A stretch of DNA of 43,714 bases, the filler included, from Jimgerdemannia flammicorona (Eukaryota): NCBI GenBank assembly GCA_003990765.1. It is 2 parts of 2 records of this genome, joined end to end, with 100 filler letters (N's around TTAATTAATTAA, not from the genome) between each part and the next. Parts side by side here need not be neighbours in the genome. Positions count along the whole stretch, not along the records: positions 21,909 to 43,714 come from RBNJ01001389.1; 1 more part is not named here. The stretch is one strand, 5' to 3'. Each line of letters begins with the position of its first letter. Positions within the stretch are counted from its first letter, which is position 1. A program made the position numbers and the translations under genes. Below, one piece after another: positions 25,201 to 37,818 of the stretch. The notes beneath the pieces were generated by a model. It did no database searches. It was not told the DNA's origin and was given only the letters and a program-made list of their open reading frames with translations.

Positions 25201-27138
25201 AGAAGTTATTCTCTAGATACATATATATATATTAGTAATTCATTCACTGAGCTACTTTGGATCATTCTTTCAAGACTTGATTTGCTAATATGTTCTATAT
25301 ATTAATGCTATATATTAGACATATTAGATGTAGTTGTCATATATGCAGAGGCTTTTACACCATTTAGTATCTCATTAATCATATAAATATTTCTATATTT
25401 TAAGACTGTTATTAGCTTATTATTATACAAATCATACTATTAATACTGTTTATATATATTTATATCTCTTTATTACTGTGGAGCATTATTTTATTTATTG
25501 AAAATAGATTTTTCCAATTTCTGAAGTATATAGTATATCTAGGAAAGTGCTGGCAGTTTCTGTGATATGTATTACCATAGAGATATATCTCCTTATTTTT
25601 ATTTTCTTAAGTATAGATAATGTTAATATCTTCTAGTTTGATGGATATAGAGTACTTTAAAAACTTATATATAGAAAACTATTTTCTATATAGTATTATA
25701 TATTATTTAGCTTTAGAATCCATTAACTAGATATTATTATCATTAGTATATTTGTGATACATTCATCACTAATAGTGCTGATGTCATTGTTACTTTTTAT
25801 TAAGTAAAAAGTATTTTGCTGATCAGAATTTGTAGATGATGGATTGGTGGATTTGGTAGTAGAACTACTTATATATCTCATGCTGACAGAACTAATAATA
25901 AGAATATAGTTATCTATATATTTGCTTGTATAAAAAATATACCACTTTTATCAGTTTTGGTGGTGTTTTCATTCTCTCACTGGCTTCTGCTATTTCTATA
26001 ATAGTTCTTTCTACTATTTCTATATTACCAATACTGGCTTCTACATTTACTTTTATTGCTCTCTTTATTGTTTTTTCAGTAATAATAATTGCACTTTCTG
26101 TATCTATACTTACTGTAATATTCACAGTAATCATTATATTTGATTGATTGAGTAGACTGGTTATTATATTGATTTTGAGTTTGAGTTCATTGGTCTTATT
26201 ACTCATACTTTTGACCTTATTTGGCACCATATCTATAGGATTCATAGAATGTGTTTTCATCTTTATTACTACTGTTTTCTTGATATATTTCCTCATTCCA
26301 GAGGCACATTATCACATGAGTATAATCTATAAGCTTGCTGCTTTCTTAGCTACCATTATAATATGATATACTTCAGAGAGATTTCTTATAAGAGTCAGGA
26401 CTTTGTCTTCATCACTTATATACTATACTGACATACTTAGAGAATTTATCTAATTTACTAGATTGTCAACATAACTGGCATATTCACAAATAGTCTCCTT
26501 AGACTTTATTTATAGATTGAATAACTGAGATTTCAGATAGAATTGATTTGAATATTTGTATATGATGATTATATAAATTCTCCTATATCTCATAAGTAGT
26601 CATTATATATATTATGAGCTTTATTTGAGAGTTTGATAATATGAATATAATCTGTTATAATGCTTGATGGTTATTTGCAGTATCATAATTCTGAATCAGT
26701 ACTTATAGCTTTATATACTCTACTAAACCATATTTGCTGAGATTCATTATATAGAATACTCAGATTGTATAATTTTTTCTATTGAAGATCAGGATAAACC
26801 TCTTAACTATATTTATACTTATAACCAGAACTGTGTTACTCATACCTGTAGTTATATCTGTAGTAGTAATGAGGATAGTTATTACCAAAATGCTCATAAT
26901 TGGCATATACTTATATTACTAGACTGGTCATTGCTTGATATTCTAGCATAGTACTTATTAAAAGATATATTTACTATAGCTACTTAGTACTAGTAGGACT
27001 TATAATCTTTATTATAAAAAGAGAGAAATTTTTATTAAAGTTATATAGATTATATATTTTATATATTACTGATGAATGATATAAAACTGATAAAATGACA
27101 TAAGTTATATACTGATATATCAAGTTGCTATCTCAATA
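22230..27138 (-). mobile_element. Ty1/Copia LTR retrotransposon, heavily mutated, interrupted by LINE copy C
   Basis: RT IRPDILYIMSKV...HWSTIKRIFRYFK (22745-22948), RNase H RMKHFNI (~22440-22460), integrase QQNGVVKQFN (~24800-24830) upstream of RT (Copia order). Short 5' LTR beginning TATTGAGA at 27138. AGATTATAAGTCC (27008-26996) resembles the fungal Copia AGGTTATGAGCCC PBS-region motif. Confidence 0.88.
23952..24627 (-). mobile_element. 5'-truncated LINE copy C with poly(A) tail and target-site duplication
   Basis: Poly-T at 23952-23972; aligns with the copy B 3' end (WSA..K.W.P.K.W...NIMLNF). TSD: TAGTTTTGTTGTTG (23938-23951) and TAGTTCTGTTGTTG (24628-24641). Confidence 0.92.
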
Positions 27139-27219
27139 AATTTATTTCAAAATTTGCTTATTAGCTACTACTAATTTATTTTGAATTTTATTTTGTTTTA
27201 TTTTTCAATAAAAACCAGT

Positions 27220-27745
27220 ATTCAATCTTAGGCTTAAGTTAGAATATTATTTATTGCATGATTGAAAAGATATTTATACTAAAGAGGCTAAAGATAAACT
27301 TCATATAGTTTATAATAAAAACTATGCTCCTTTATCTGGATTAATTAATTGAATAAGTTCTGAACATCATAAAGAAGTAGAAGATAATATCAATACTACA
27401 CTATTAAACATATATTCAATAAAAGTCAAAAACTGGTAACAAATCTTAAGCAGAAGATAGATGCTTATTTAAAAAGTAAAACTATTAAATTTTAAGCAAG
27501 AGTTGATATATTATCTTGGTAGTGAGTGAGTTGGGAATTCATATTCAAATTAGGTCAATTTGAAATATTATTTGAGTTTCTCTAATCTATATATAGCAAA
27601 AATGACATATGTCTACTTAGCTATCCCAGCAACAAGTGCTCTAATTGAGAGAGTTTTTTTAAGTAATAAAGATCTTATAGTAGCTGAAAGAGGTACTTTA
27701 GACTCTGAAACAATTCATGAATATATATATTTAAAGACATGGTAA
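27220..27745 (+). mobile_element. hAT transposase remnant (C-terminal dimerisation domain)
   Basis: AKMTYVYLAIPATSALIERVF...RGTLDSETI...LKTW matches the hAT dimerisation motif. It is preceded by ...IDAYLK...DILSW and a GTGAGT-type donor near 27523. Confidence 0.85.
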
Positions 27746-28099
27746 TTAGTCTAGTATTTCAAAATAATAACCAATTCTAAATTTCAAAATATAGTTAAAT
27801 TTTGAAATATCAAAAAAATATAGTACTTGGGTATCATATTATATAAGTACAATCCAGAACTTATAGATATACTATATCTAAATATAATTTCTGAAGACAT
27901 ATATAATTATTATATTTAAATATGATTTTTATCATTTATAACCTTAATGAGATGAGTGAGATATCAGTGTTTGCTCAGAAGTATTAGAGATGGAAGACAA
28001 GTAGTATAAATTGTATAATATATAGAATCTCAAATATATTTAAAGCTTATGGATATATATATACTTAGTCATTATATCTGAAATACTTATACTTATAAG

Positions 28100-28623
28100 C
28101 TTGTAAGTCTGCAATTTCATAAACAATAAGTGTAAGCCAAGAGCTTCAAATATTATAATAAGTATAAGTCTACAATCTCACAAGTAACATGTATAAGCTG
28201 AGAGCTTTGAATATTACAATGAATACAAGTCTATAATTCTGTAAGCAATAAATATGAGCTAAGAGCTTCAAATATTGCAATAAGTATAAGTCCACAATCT
28301 TGCAAGTAATAAGCATAAGTCAAGAACTTCAAATATTGCAACAAACACAAGTCCACAATTCTGTGAGCAATAAGTATAAGCCAAGAGCTTCTAATATTAC
28401 AATAAGTACAAGCCCACAATTCCTTGAGCAACAAAAGCCCACAAACCTACAATCTTATAAGTAATAAGTATAAGCCAAGAACTTTAAATATTGCAACAAA
28501 TACAAGTCCACAATCCTGTGAGCAACAAGCATAAGCTAAGAGCTTCAAATATTGCAACAAGTACAAGCCCACAATCCTGTGAACAACAAGCATAAGCCAA
28601 GAGCTTTGAATATTGCAACAAGT
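28100..28623. repeat. 61-bp tandem array, about 8.5 units, probably subterminal to the hAT element
   Basis: Unit approximately TAAGCCAAGAGCTTCAAATATTGCAACAAGTACAAGTCCACAATCCTGTGAGCAACAAGCA, recurring every 61 nt with one partial unit near 28430-28470. Confidence 0.9.
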
Positions 28624-28675
28624 CACCTAATTATGTTACTAATTCAGATCAACCATCACATCTAGAGCTATTAAA

Positions 28676-30602
28676 TCAGGGATTCAAAATCATCTTTGTA
28701 GCGGACTTGATTTTCTGCCTCTTTACTGGCGTTTCCACTGTAATCATTTTGTTTGGTGGCGCACGATGCGGAGTACTGGACGAAATTCCAGGAGTAGAAT
28801 TCAATTCCTGAAGAAGATTTAGCGCAAGGCCCTGTATTTAAATTTAGTATAATTAATATATATTTTTTTCAAATAAATATAAAACCAACAAAGTTCAAAC
28901 CTACCCTGATATTCCACGCCCATGACAGAGCAACTCTCAGTTGATGATAGGATGTCATCGACAGCGGCATGACGAGAGTCTTTAGAAGGTGAAAACGATA
29001 TACTTCTCTCTTTTCCATGAGAAAGATTTCCACCTCCGTCATGTATTGCTAATGAATAGAATAGAATAATATTTATATATTCTCTGCCCAGTCAGTAAAA
29101 TTGAAATATTCTTACTGAATTTAACTTACCTGTATTCCGATAACGTAAAGATTCGATGAATCTTTTCCACAACCTCGATATCGTTCTATCATATCGTCCA
29201 GCATATCTTTCAGGAATCTTTTGAGGTTAAACTTATCGGAGGCGTACTTGCTGATATCGTATTTGCTCGGACCTCCACATGCCAGGCCACAAATTATTTC
29301 GTACTGATTAAAACTACACAACAGATCCGCCATTCGCGCCCGCTCTGCGTGCTCTCTCAGAATATCCTTTTCACTATTTCGTCTGCGGAGGCTTGAGAGA
29401 ACCGCAATCTCTCCCCTAATAAATATTAAGAGATTAATATATAAAGAATAGACAGCATTCTTAAACAAGTAAATTATTTCAAGTAACCTACCATTCTACT
29501 TTGAAAGACACGTCAACCTTGAGTGCATCTGCAAACAACGGGAGGACATAGCCATTGTACCATTGCCTCTCTAAATAGATAGCCAAGGATTGACGACCAG
29601 GTTCAAACTCAGAAAGACTAATATAAATATTTAAATTATAATACAATATATTATTAGTATTTCTGCATTCGAGTGCATTCATATCAAAACCGAAGTTATC
29701 TCTCGGTAAAATAAGATCCCTTTTGGTTTGAGAGCATTCACTTATGAGAAATATGAGATTAGGGACAAATCAACCCTATTTTCCTCATGGGTATATAATG
29801 AAAACGGGGTCAGATTTGTGGAACACTACGTGAAAGAGATAAAAAATACTTACAATTTGCCGACCGCTGCCTCCATCCACCATATTATTTTCTTCCAATC
29901 TCCCTTATTATAAGAGAGATCGTCGGAATATAGAGGAGATCTCACACTCCTCAACTTCTCCCAAAGTTCTCGAGCCTTCTCTAACTGCATCGGTCGCTAA
30001 AAATCACAATAATTAATAAATAATAAACTCGTCTTATATTTGAATAGATCAGAAATAAATTCATCTGTGCACAAGATTGTTGTGATAGAGTTTGTAGTCG
30101 AGGGTAGTGTTCCGCAAAAAAAGACCCGGACACCCCTGCCCTGGATCTGACCAACATCCAAAATCCGATCCAAACTCCAATCCAAATTTGAACCCCAATC
30201 TGATTCTTTTCAAAATATTACTCAAAGAAATATTTACCTTGTCCTTACTGCCAAATAAATGATTACACAGTGTGTCAATCTCTTGATGATACTCGACTTC
30301 GACAGCTTGAGGCCGATCCGCAAGTATTTCCCCCCAGTATTCCGGATTCATAACTCTTTCTATTTTCGATGATGGCGAGAGGTCCAGTATAAAACAGTGT
30401 GCTGGACTAAAGGAAATAATAATTATAATTCGTATTACCATTCTAACAAGAGTTCACAATTTTTAAATTAAGCATACTCGTATTCCGACGTGTTAGGCCT
30501 AGCAGAATATTGTTGCATGACCGACACCAAACTGGCGCCATCGTTCATGAACACGACGTTTCCGCTATCATCGTCGGCATCGACGTCACCGCCGGGCTAT
30601 AT

Positions 30603-30635
<33 letters not shown>

Positions 30636-31691
30636 AGTAAAAAGAATATTCAATAGTGCATTTTAATAATACTAGCAATTAGAACTCCGAATGGGACGAG
30701 ACTGTCACGTATCTCGCACATGATCTAGCACATGATCTGCTGTCAACCTTTACTGTATTGGCTCGTCCAGTCCACATTCGTCACGTTCATCGGTCCAGCC
30801 AACATTCGCTCGTCCAGTCCTCATTAGCTCATCCAGTCCTCATTAGCTCCTGTCCTCATTAGCTCGTCCAGTCATTAGCTCCGTCTTCATTAGCTCGTCC
30901 AGTCGTCCACTCTATGTTCACTCTCCAAGTCCATGTTCCTTCATCCAATCTACATCAAGTTCGCGCTTGTTCAGTCCCCGCTCACTCGTTCGCTTGCCCA
31001 GTCCATGCTTGCTCGTCTATTACACATATTACACATTCAGTTGTCCAGTCCACGTTCGCTCGTCCAGTCCACATTCGATCGTCCAGTTCACTTTTTCTTG
31101 TCTAGTCCACGTTCGTTTGACCAGCACGTTCAATCGTCCAGTCCATCTTCGCTCAGCCAGTCTACATCCAGTTCGTCCAGTCAAATTTGACGAAACGAGA
31201 CAAGTCTTGTCATGTTCGCAGCACTCCCAGCAATAATATATAACTGAAATCCTACCTTCGGTTTCTTCGGTTTAATGGACGCCCCTTCGTTGTCGTCAGA
31301 AAATTTCCGTTTTTCCTTGATGGTCCTTATGATATCCAAAACGTTCTGGAAGTGATTCTTGCCCGGTTTCGTCTAAAAATTACCAGTTATAAATATATAT
31401 TTCTGGTTGCAACAGTTTGCCAACAAAAGCATAGATGCATGCAATTACCTTATAGTATGCCTTTAAGCGCCCCGCGAAATTTCTTACACTGGGAGGAACA
31501 TCTTCATTATTTTGGATTTTTTGAAGACCAGTTAGGTATTCCGAAAGAGGCTCGGTCGATCGCTGATCTGAGAGAAAAACAGCGATTTCCTCCCATTGGG
31601 AGAGGGGATAGTCATGGAAAAAAGGGAAGTTGGCGCCGGATGAGGGTAAACGGAAATCAGCGTCGTCTATAGGAACCTTGGGTAGCGGCAT
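28676..31691 (-). CDS. Intact 9-exon gene (~500 aa) with C-terminal PD-(D/E)xK restriction-endonuclease-like domain (Crinkler-associated REase type)
   Basis: Manual GT-AG splicing of exons 31691-31449, 31372-31256, 30596-30478, 30406-30238, 29996-29854, 29617-29492, 29415-29130, 29048-28905 and 28831-28676 gives 1503 nt with consistent phases and no internal stop. Motifs: DPAHCFILDL...EYWGEI, ERQW, WGEIAVLSSLRRRN...RMADLL...EIICGL...K...DKFNLKRFLKDMLD...VIGIQ...EVYR. Confidence 0.8.
30761..31183. repeat. Imperfect minisatellite of GCTCGTCCAGTCCACATTC-like units in intron 2 of the REase-like gene
   Basis: Many (C)GTCCAGTC cores at irregular ~11-25 nt spacing; CpG-rich. Confidence 0.85.
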
Positions 31692-32104
31692 GGTGTGGAT
31701 AGTTGTGAGGCTTTGTCCGGACTGCCAAAATATGTGATGACATCGTCACAAAATTCCAGCTTCACAATTTTAACTATACATTCTCTGATATTTGGTTCGA
31801 GCCAGCACCGGGTTATAAAAGTTGTATCAGGCCCACAGTTTATGGAGCATGTTAAGACACCTCTGGTGGACGCATGATCGCCTGTGGCCACATTGCTGTG
31901 GGCGGTTACCTCGGGTATTGTCCTTGTGTGGGTCTCGAACCAATTGGGGTATGAACGTCGTAGGGGATCCGACTCCTTACACCAAGTACTTGTAGCTGGT
32001 GATTATCTCCATACAGATAAGTATTTCATATCAACGTGGTGAATATTGTATAATCTTCGAAATCCGAAACACCTACTAACTTTACTTTTGACCGGTTCCT
32101 TATG

Positions 32105-32160
32105 CCGGTCTTGGTTGCTGTAAACCAACTGATGAGCCCCTTAAGCAAGGGCGAAACCGG
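32105..32160 (+). ncRNA. Type III hammerhead ribozyme 1
   Basis: CCGGUC | stem I UUGGUU-gcugua-AACCAA | core CUGAUGA (32129-32135) | stem II GCCC(C)UU-aagc-AAGGGC | GAAA (32153-32156) | CCGG closing stem III. Predicted cleavage after GUC at 32110. Confidence 0.9.
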
Positions 32161-33049
32161 TCTATTAGGTCATCTCCATTCTATAATGCTTATATGTATT
32201 TTATGTATTTACTTAAACGAATATGTCCAAACAACAGTGTTGTTTAAGCTCCAACAATGATCTTGCTGGTGATGGTCATTATAAACACTAGCCACCGCCA
32301 TCGACCCTTGATGGACGAGGAGTCCATTTTGGTTGTGTGCCTGAAGCTTACGATTGAGAAGTTGCTCAGGTCTGAGAAGGAGAAGAGTAAAGGAAGAAGC
32401 TGCGAGTCATGTAGGTTGCGGACCAGGAGAAAGTGGGGATGGTGGTGTGAATTTGTAACTCGTGTTTTGTGTCTCACGTGAATAGGAAACAGAGTATAAC
32501 AGATTTGATACTCACCTCCTGATCTTCCCTCTTCCAGACTTCGTTGAATATCGGTATTTTCGCTGGTTGTCGGTCTTCTTCACACCACTGGAACAAAGTA
32601 AGGTGGGCAGCTTCTTGTTTCCAAAAGCCTTCATCAGATTTCAAGTAAGCTGCGAATGGCTTGCTCGGTTACTCGCATGTCAAGAGAAGTTCTGAGGCTT
32701 TTGCGCTAATGACCAGACGAAAGATATGGTTGTCGATTAGATAATGCGCTATGTCGATGTAGGTGATGACCCGTTCTTGGTCTTGTCTGATACGCTGCTC
32801 TGCAGCTCAGGATTGCGATTTGTCACGAATTACTGTCGTTTCGCCTTTTCACCAATTAAGGTATTATTGCGAGGAAAAATTGGTATGGGAGAGTCTTTGA
32901 ATCCTATTTCCTTTCATTTAGCTTATATATCCTTTAATATATTATATATATATACTATTCCATTTTCATATTTGTCTGTTTTGATATCGGATTACTGCAC
33001 TATTTCCTCCTTATCCTCCACCTTATCCCAGAAAGTCAACCTCTGATCG

Positions 33050-34527
<1,478 letters not shown>

Positions 34528-35809
34528 TGGACGTTGGAAGGACGAAGTAGTTTTGAGTTAATTACGGATGTCGGAAGAAATCCATGGTCAACGACATTTC
34601 AAAAGTTTGGATTATTTGTCAGCTCTTCAGTAGGAGATGGAGCGTCACGCGCCTTGCTGCTCAAAATGATGAGCCACTTCGATTTCACGCTCGTTTGCCC
34701 GTATCGACTCAAGACACTCACGGAGGCAGTTGACACGTTTGCGGAGACTTTTCCACAATGCATGGCGTTTTGCCATCATACCTGCTCGAACACCGTATGT
34801 TTTACGGGTCAATCTCCAGTAGGATCGATGGAAAATGGGTTCTCGAGTCGTCGTTTCAGAAGATGGCAAGATTGTTGAGCTTCAATAGGGAACATAGATA
34901 TAAAAAGCACGGCTTTCCGTCCCCAGGACGAAGGCTCATAGCGCTCTATGCTAATGGAGCATTGTCGTTGCACTGGTGTTAAGTTATTCCTGAAAAATAT
35001 GTAATGACATGTTATTCCAAATAATAAAGCAATTCTTTGACGTAGTTAGAATGAGGAGTCTCCGTTCCTTAGGTGTAAGGGCACGTGCCCTAAAATCGAC
35101 GCGTCCCAAATCTTGGGCCAAGTCCTTAACCGGAAAGTACGCGTAAGAGGTATCCATAAGGACTTACGGGCCTGTAGGGTTAGAAATCTTTAAGGTTTTG
35201 TTGGCCGATAGCCAGAAAATCAGTACAAATAGTGGGTTCCGGCAATCGTAATAAAGATCCGCCTTGAAATCTTGAATAAGCTCGCGTATTCGCAAGATCG
35301 GATATCCAAGGAATTCACTCGTTTTTGTGGAACTGCACTGTACTCCGCTTCAAAGACAAAAATGTAATTTTTGTAAACGAACCGGAGACCTACTATATTT
35401 ATAACGTTCTTCTCCCAACCTCATGTGGCGGCGACAAATGAAGAAATGAAGATGAATGGCTACCATATAATACGGAAATATAAACAATGGACAAAATCCC
35501 AAAAATGAAAGGCTACATAAACGGACGCGAAAGAGGCATCCGTACGTGGACATATCGTGCGCTGCCTACGTAAAGCTTTGCCGAAAGTACAAGTGCTTGT
35601 GAATGAGTAAGTTCTCTACAGCAATGTAACACATACAGAAGCTATTTGGAAGGTGGACTGGTCCGAGGTGGGTGGAGCGACACGATACGAAGTTACATAT
35701 CCGCGAGGTCCGCAGTTTAATGTACCTAGTCCCCAAGTAACCTTCGTGTACCAACCTGCTTCGAGTTCGCGCCTAAGCGTGACCTTCTGGCGTCTCCATC
35801 GAATGTAAA

Positions 35810-35867
35810 ACCGGTTTCGCCCTTACTAAGGGGCTCATCAGTTGGCTCTATAGTTACCAAGACCGGT
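35810..35867 (-). ncRNA. Type III hammerhead ribozyme 2
   Basis: Minus strand: ACCGGUC | stem I UUGGU-aacuauaga-GCCAA | CUGAUGA (35841-35835) | stem II GCCC(C)UU-agu-AAGGGC | GAAA | CCGGU. Predicted cleavage between 35861 and 35860. Confidence 0.9.
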
Positions 35868-36199
35868 GAGGAATCCAACACCGTGGAGGCAAATCTGTTA
35901 GAACATGTTTTCTTTACTAGTGACATGCGTAAATATGACAGAAAGGATAAAAGAGTACCCAACTTTAGAAGCTGGAAGCGATTATGACCTCCCAGATCCG
36001 TAACCCTCGTCAGTGCGAGATTAGTGTCCTGCGGGGGACGAACAACCAGCCCCATACCAAGGGTTAGCGTGCTTCTTCTTTGACTTCGGCGCCACCCGAA
36101 GGCCTCCAGGAATTACGAGCGACACGAGCCACTATTATTTGAAGATTTCCCAGTGAGAGGAGTCTACTAGAATATCACTTGTCCAAGCGGTCACGAGGA

Positions 36200-36750
36200 G
36201 GATTATGGAAGGAAGATCCCGGAAGACCGTTCTGAAGAGACATTCGAGATTTAATATGGTGTCGGTCAAGCATAGATTGAGACCATACCTGGGCTTTCGT
36301 TTACGGTCATGGAAGTCTTTTGCCAAATATTCGAGAGAAGAAAAAAAAAAAAAAAACACGTTACCTTCTCGTGGCTTACTTGAAGCTTATTCGAACACGC
36401 TGAAAATATACGGTACGAATTGTATGTGGATATTTTTACTCGGGATTTACTATGGGGATTCCCATCGATTAAAGCCAAGCAGTCTGACGTCCCGGTGTTG
36501 TAGAATGAAGAGTTGGGAGGTGTTAAGAGAAACCAGAGCAATGACCTAATAAAGGATCAAACACAAATGTGACCAGGATTTTTCAAGGTCTGGTTTTCCC
36601 AAACAAGGATCCCACGAACAGACCGCTGTCTTTTGATCTTCATCTTCATGCCGAAAATATATCATATAGCTTCGAATCCATCGCAGACATGACAGGGGAA
36701 CCTTCCACTCCTGCCTACGCGACTGCTCGTTTTCTACATATTCCAAACAA
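36200..36750 (+). pseudogene. Possible degenerate REase-like (Crinkler-type) gene remnant
   Basis: Ordered fragments EDRSEETF, VDIFTRDLLWG..., KQSDVPVL*NEELGGVKRNQSNDLIKDQTQM and MPKIY...LPLLP loosely follow the SExTF / WGE / PD...ExK...DxxK pattern. Weak match, with stops. Confidence 0.35.
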
Positions 36751-37818
36751 GACGTGGGTCTATCATGTGACTACCACGCATTTCATCTGCTAAACAGAAA
36801 TACCCTGAGAACCGTTCATTTGTTCACCCGTCTGCGTAACAAGTGGGAGACGAATCACTCTGAGTGGCACCCCCCAGCTGCACCGAAGCCATACGACCAC
36901 CGCCCACATCCCGCCACTGTGGCCTTGTTGACTTCGGCATTTACATCTGTGCTCCCAACGGTAGACGTCCATTATTGCCGCGTTGACAGTGTGGAGATCG
37001 ACATTAATTCAGCGATGCTGGAGATCATGGCACCGATGACGAAAAGGACAACAATGGCAACGGCGATGGCGATAGCAGTCATCACAGCCACGAGGAAGAC
37101 ATGGCGAATCTGTCTACATGACCACCTCAGCCGGCGCTGCCTCGTCTAAAACCGCTAGCGCCGCTTCCAGCGTCTCACCCAGCCCATTCACGCTGTCCCA
37201 GAGACGAAGCAAGCGGAAGTTGGAAGTCGATATTGGTGGGACTACGGTGGCGAAGACGAACCCGAAGATGAGTATGGTGATCTGAGAGCGAGTGTGATGG
37301 TGGTAGTAGAAGAGGGCGACGACGGCGACGACGACGACAACGACTCGGTATTGAGAAGGACTTGCCGACAGAACCTATCAAGCGTCGGGAATCCTCGGCC
37401 TCAGGATCCAGTCATTGGGTTCCCGGAAAGCCACTAGGTGGGAGGCCAGGAGAGGTGGCGCGAAGTGTGAGGAGAGAAACGACATGAAGAGGAAGTAGGT
37501 GGGAGCGTGTGGGCTGGTGGGTGACGAAGGTTCAGGGGGCTTCGCTTTTGAGGCGGGGAGGTGTGGTTTGGATGAAGGCGGGTAGGTTGGAGATCTGCGT
37601 GTGAGCAGGAAAATCACCAGTGCAGTGTGTTTTTGAGGTTCATGGCAGGGTTATGGACATTAAATATTTTTCTCGACTGTTTTATATTGGTTTTTGGGGA
37701 TTTTGTACGGGATCTCAGGTGAAGACTAAATATAATTATAGTAACAAAAAGAGAAAAAATGGTGGGAGGGGAGAAATGGGATGCCATACCATATAATAAC
37801 AATCTGTGTATCAGCATC

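Noticed and set aside
25910..26366. Hydrophobic ORFs resembling membrane proteins
   Set aside because: They are products of AT-shifted low-complexity sequence within the Copia gag region.
28100..28623. CRISPR-like array (61-nt periodicity)
   Set aside because: The whole unit repeats with no unique spacers, no cas genes are present and the context is eukaryotic.
30100..30200. CAGGGGTGTCC (minus strand) plus ATCCAA-type repeats in intron 4, like a hAT/MITE end
   Set aside because: No matching second TIR or TSD was found.
32590..32645. Minus-strand CTGATGA-AGGCTTTTG-GAAAC resembling a third minimal hammerhead
   Set aside because: Stem II does not pair and no convincing stem I can be formed.
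35350..35460. KNVIFVNE...MWRR fragments reminiscent of a Tc1 DDE transposase
   Set aside because: Too short, split across frames, and no TIRs or further motifs.
36900..37620. GC-rich ORF-like region with a (CGA)n tract
   Set aside because: Only short low-complexity ORFs; no product can be assigned.
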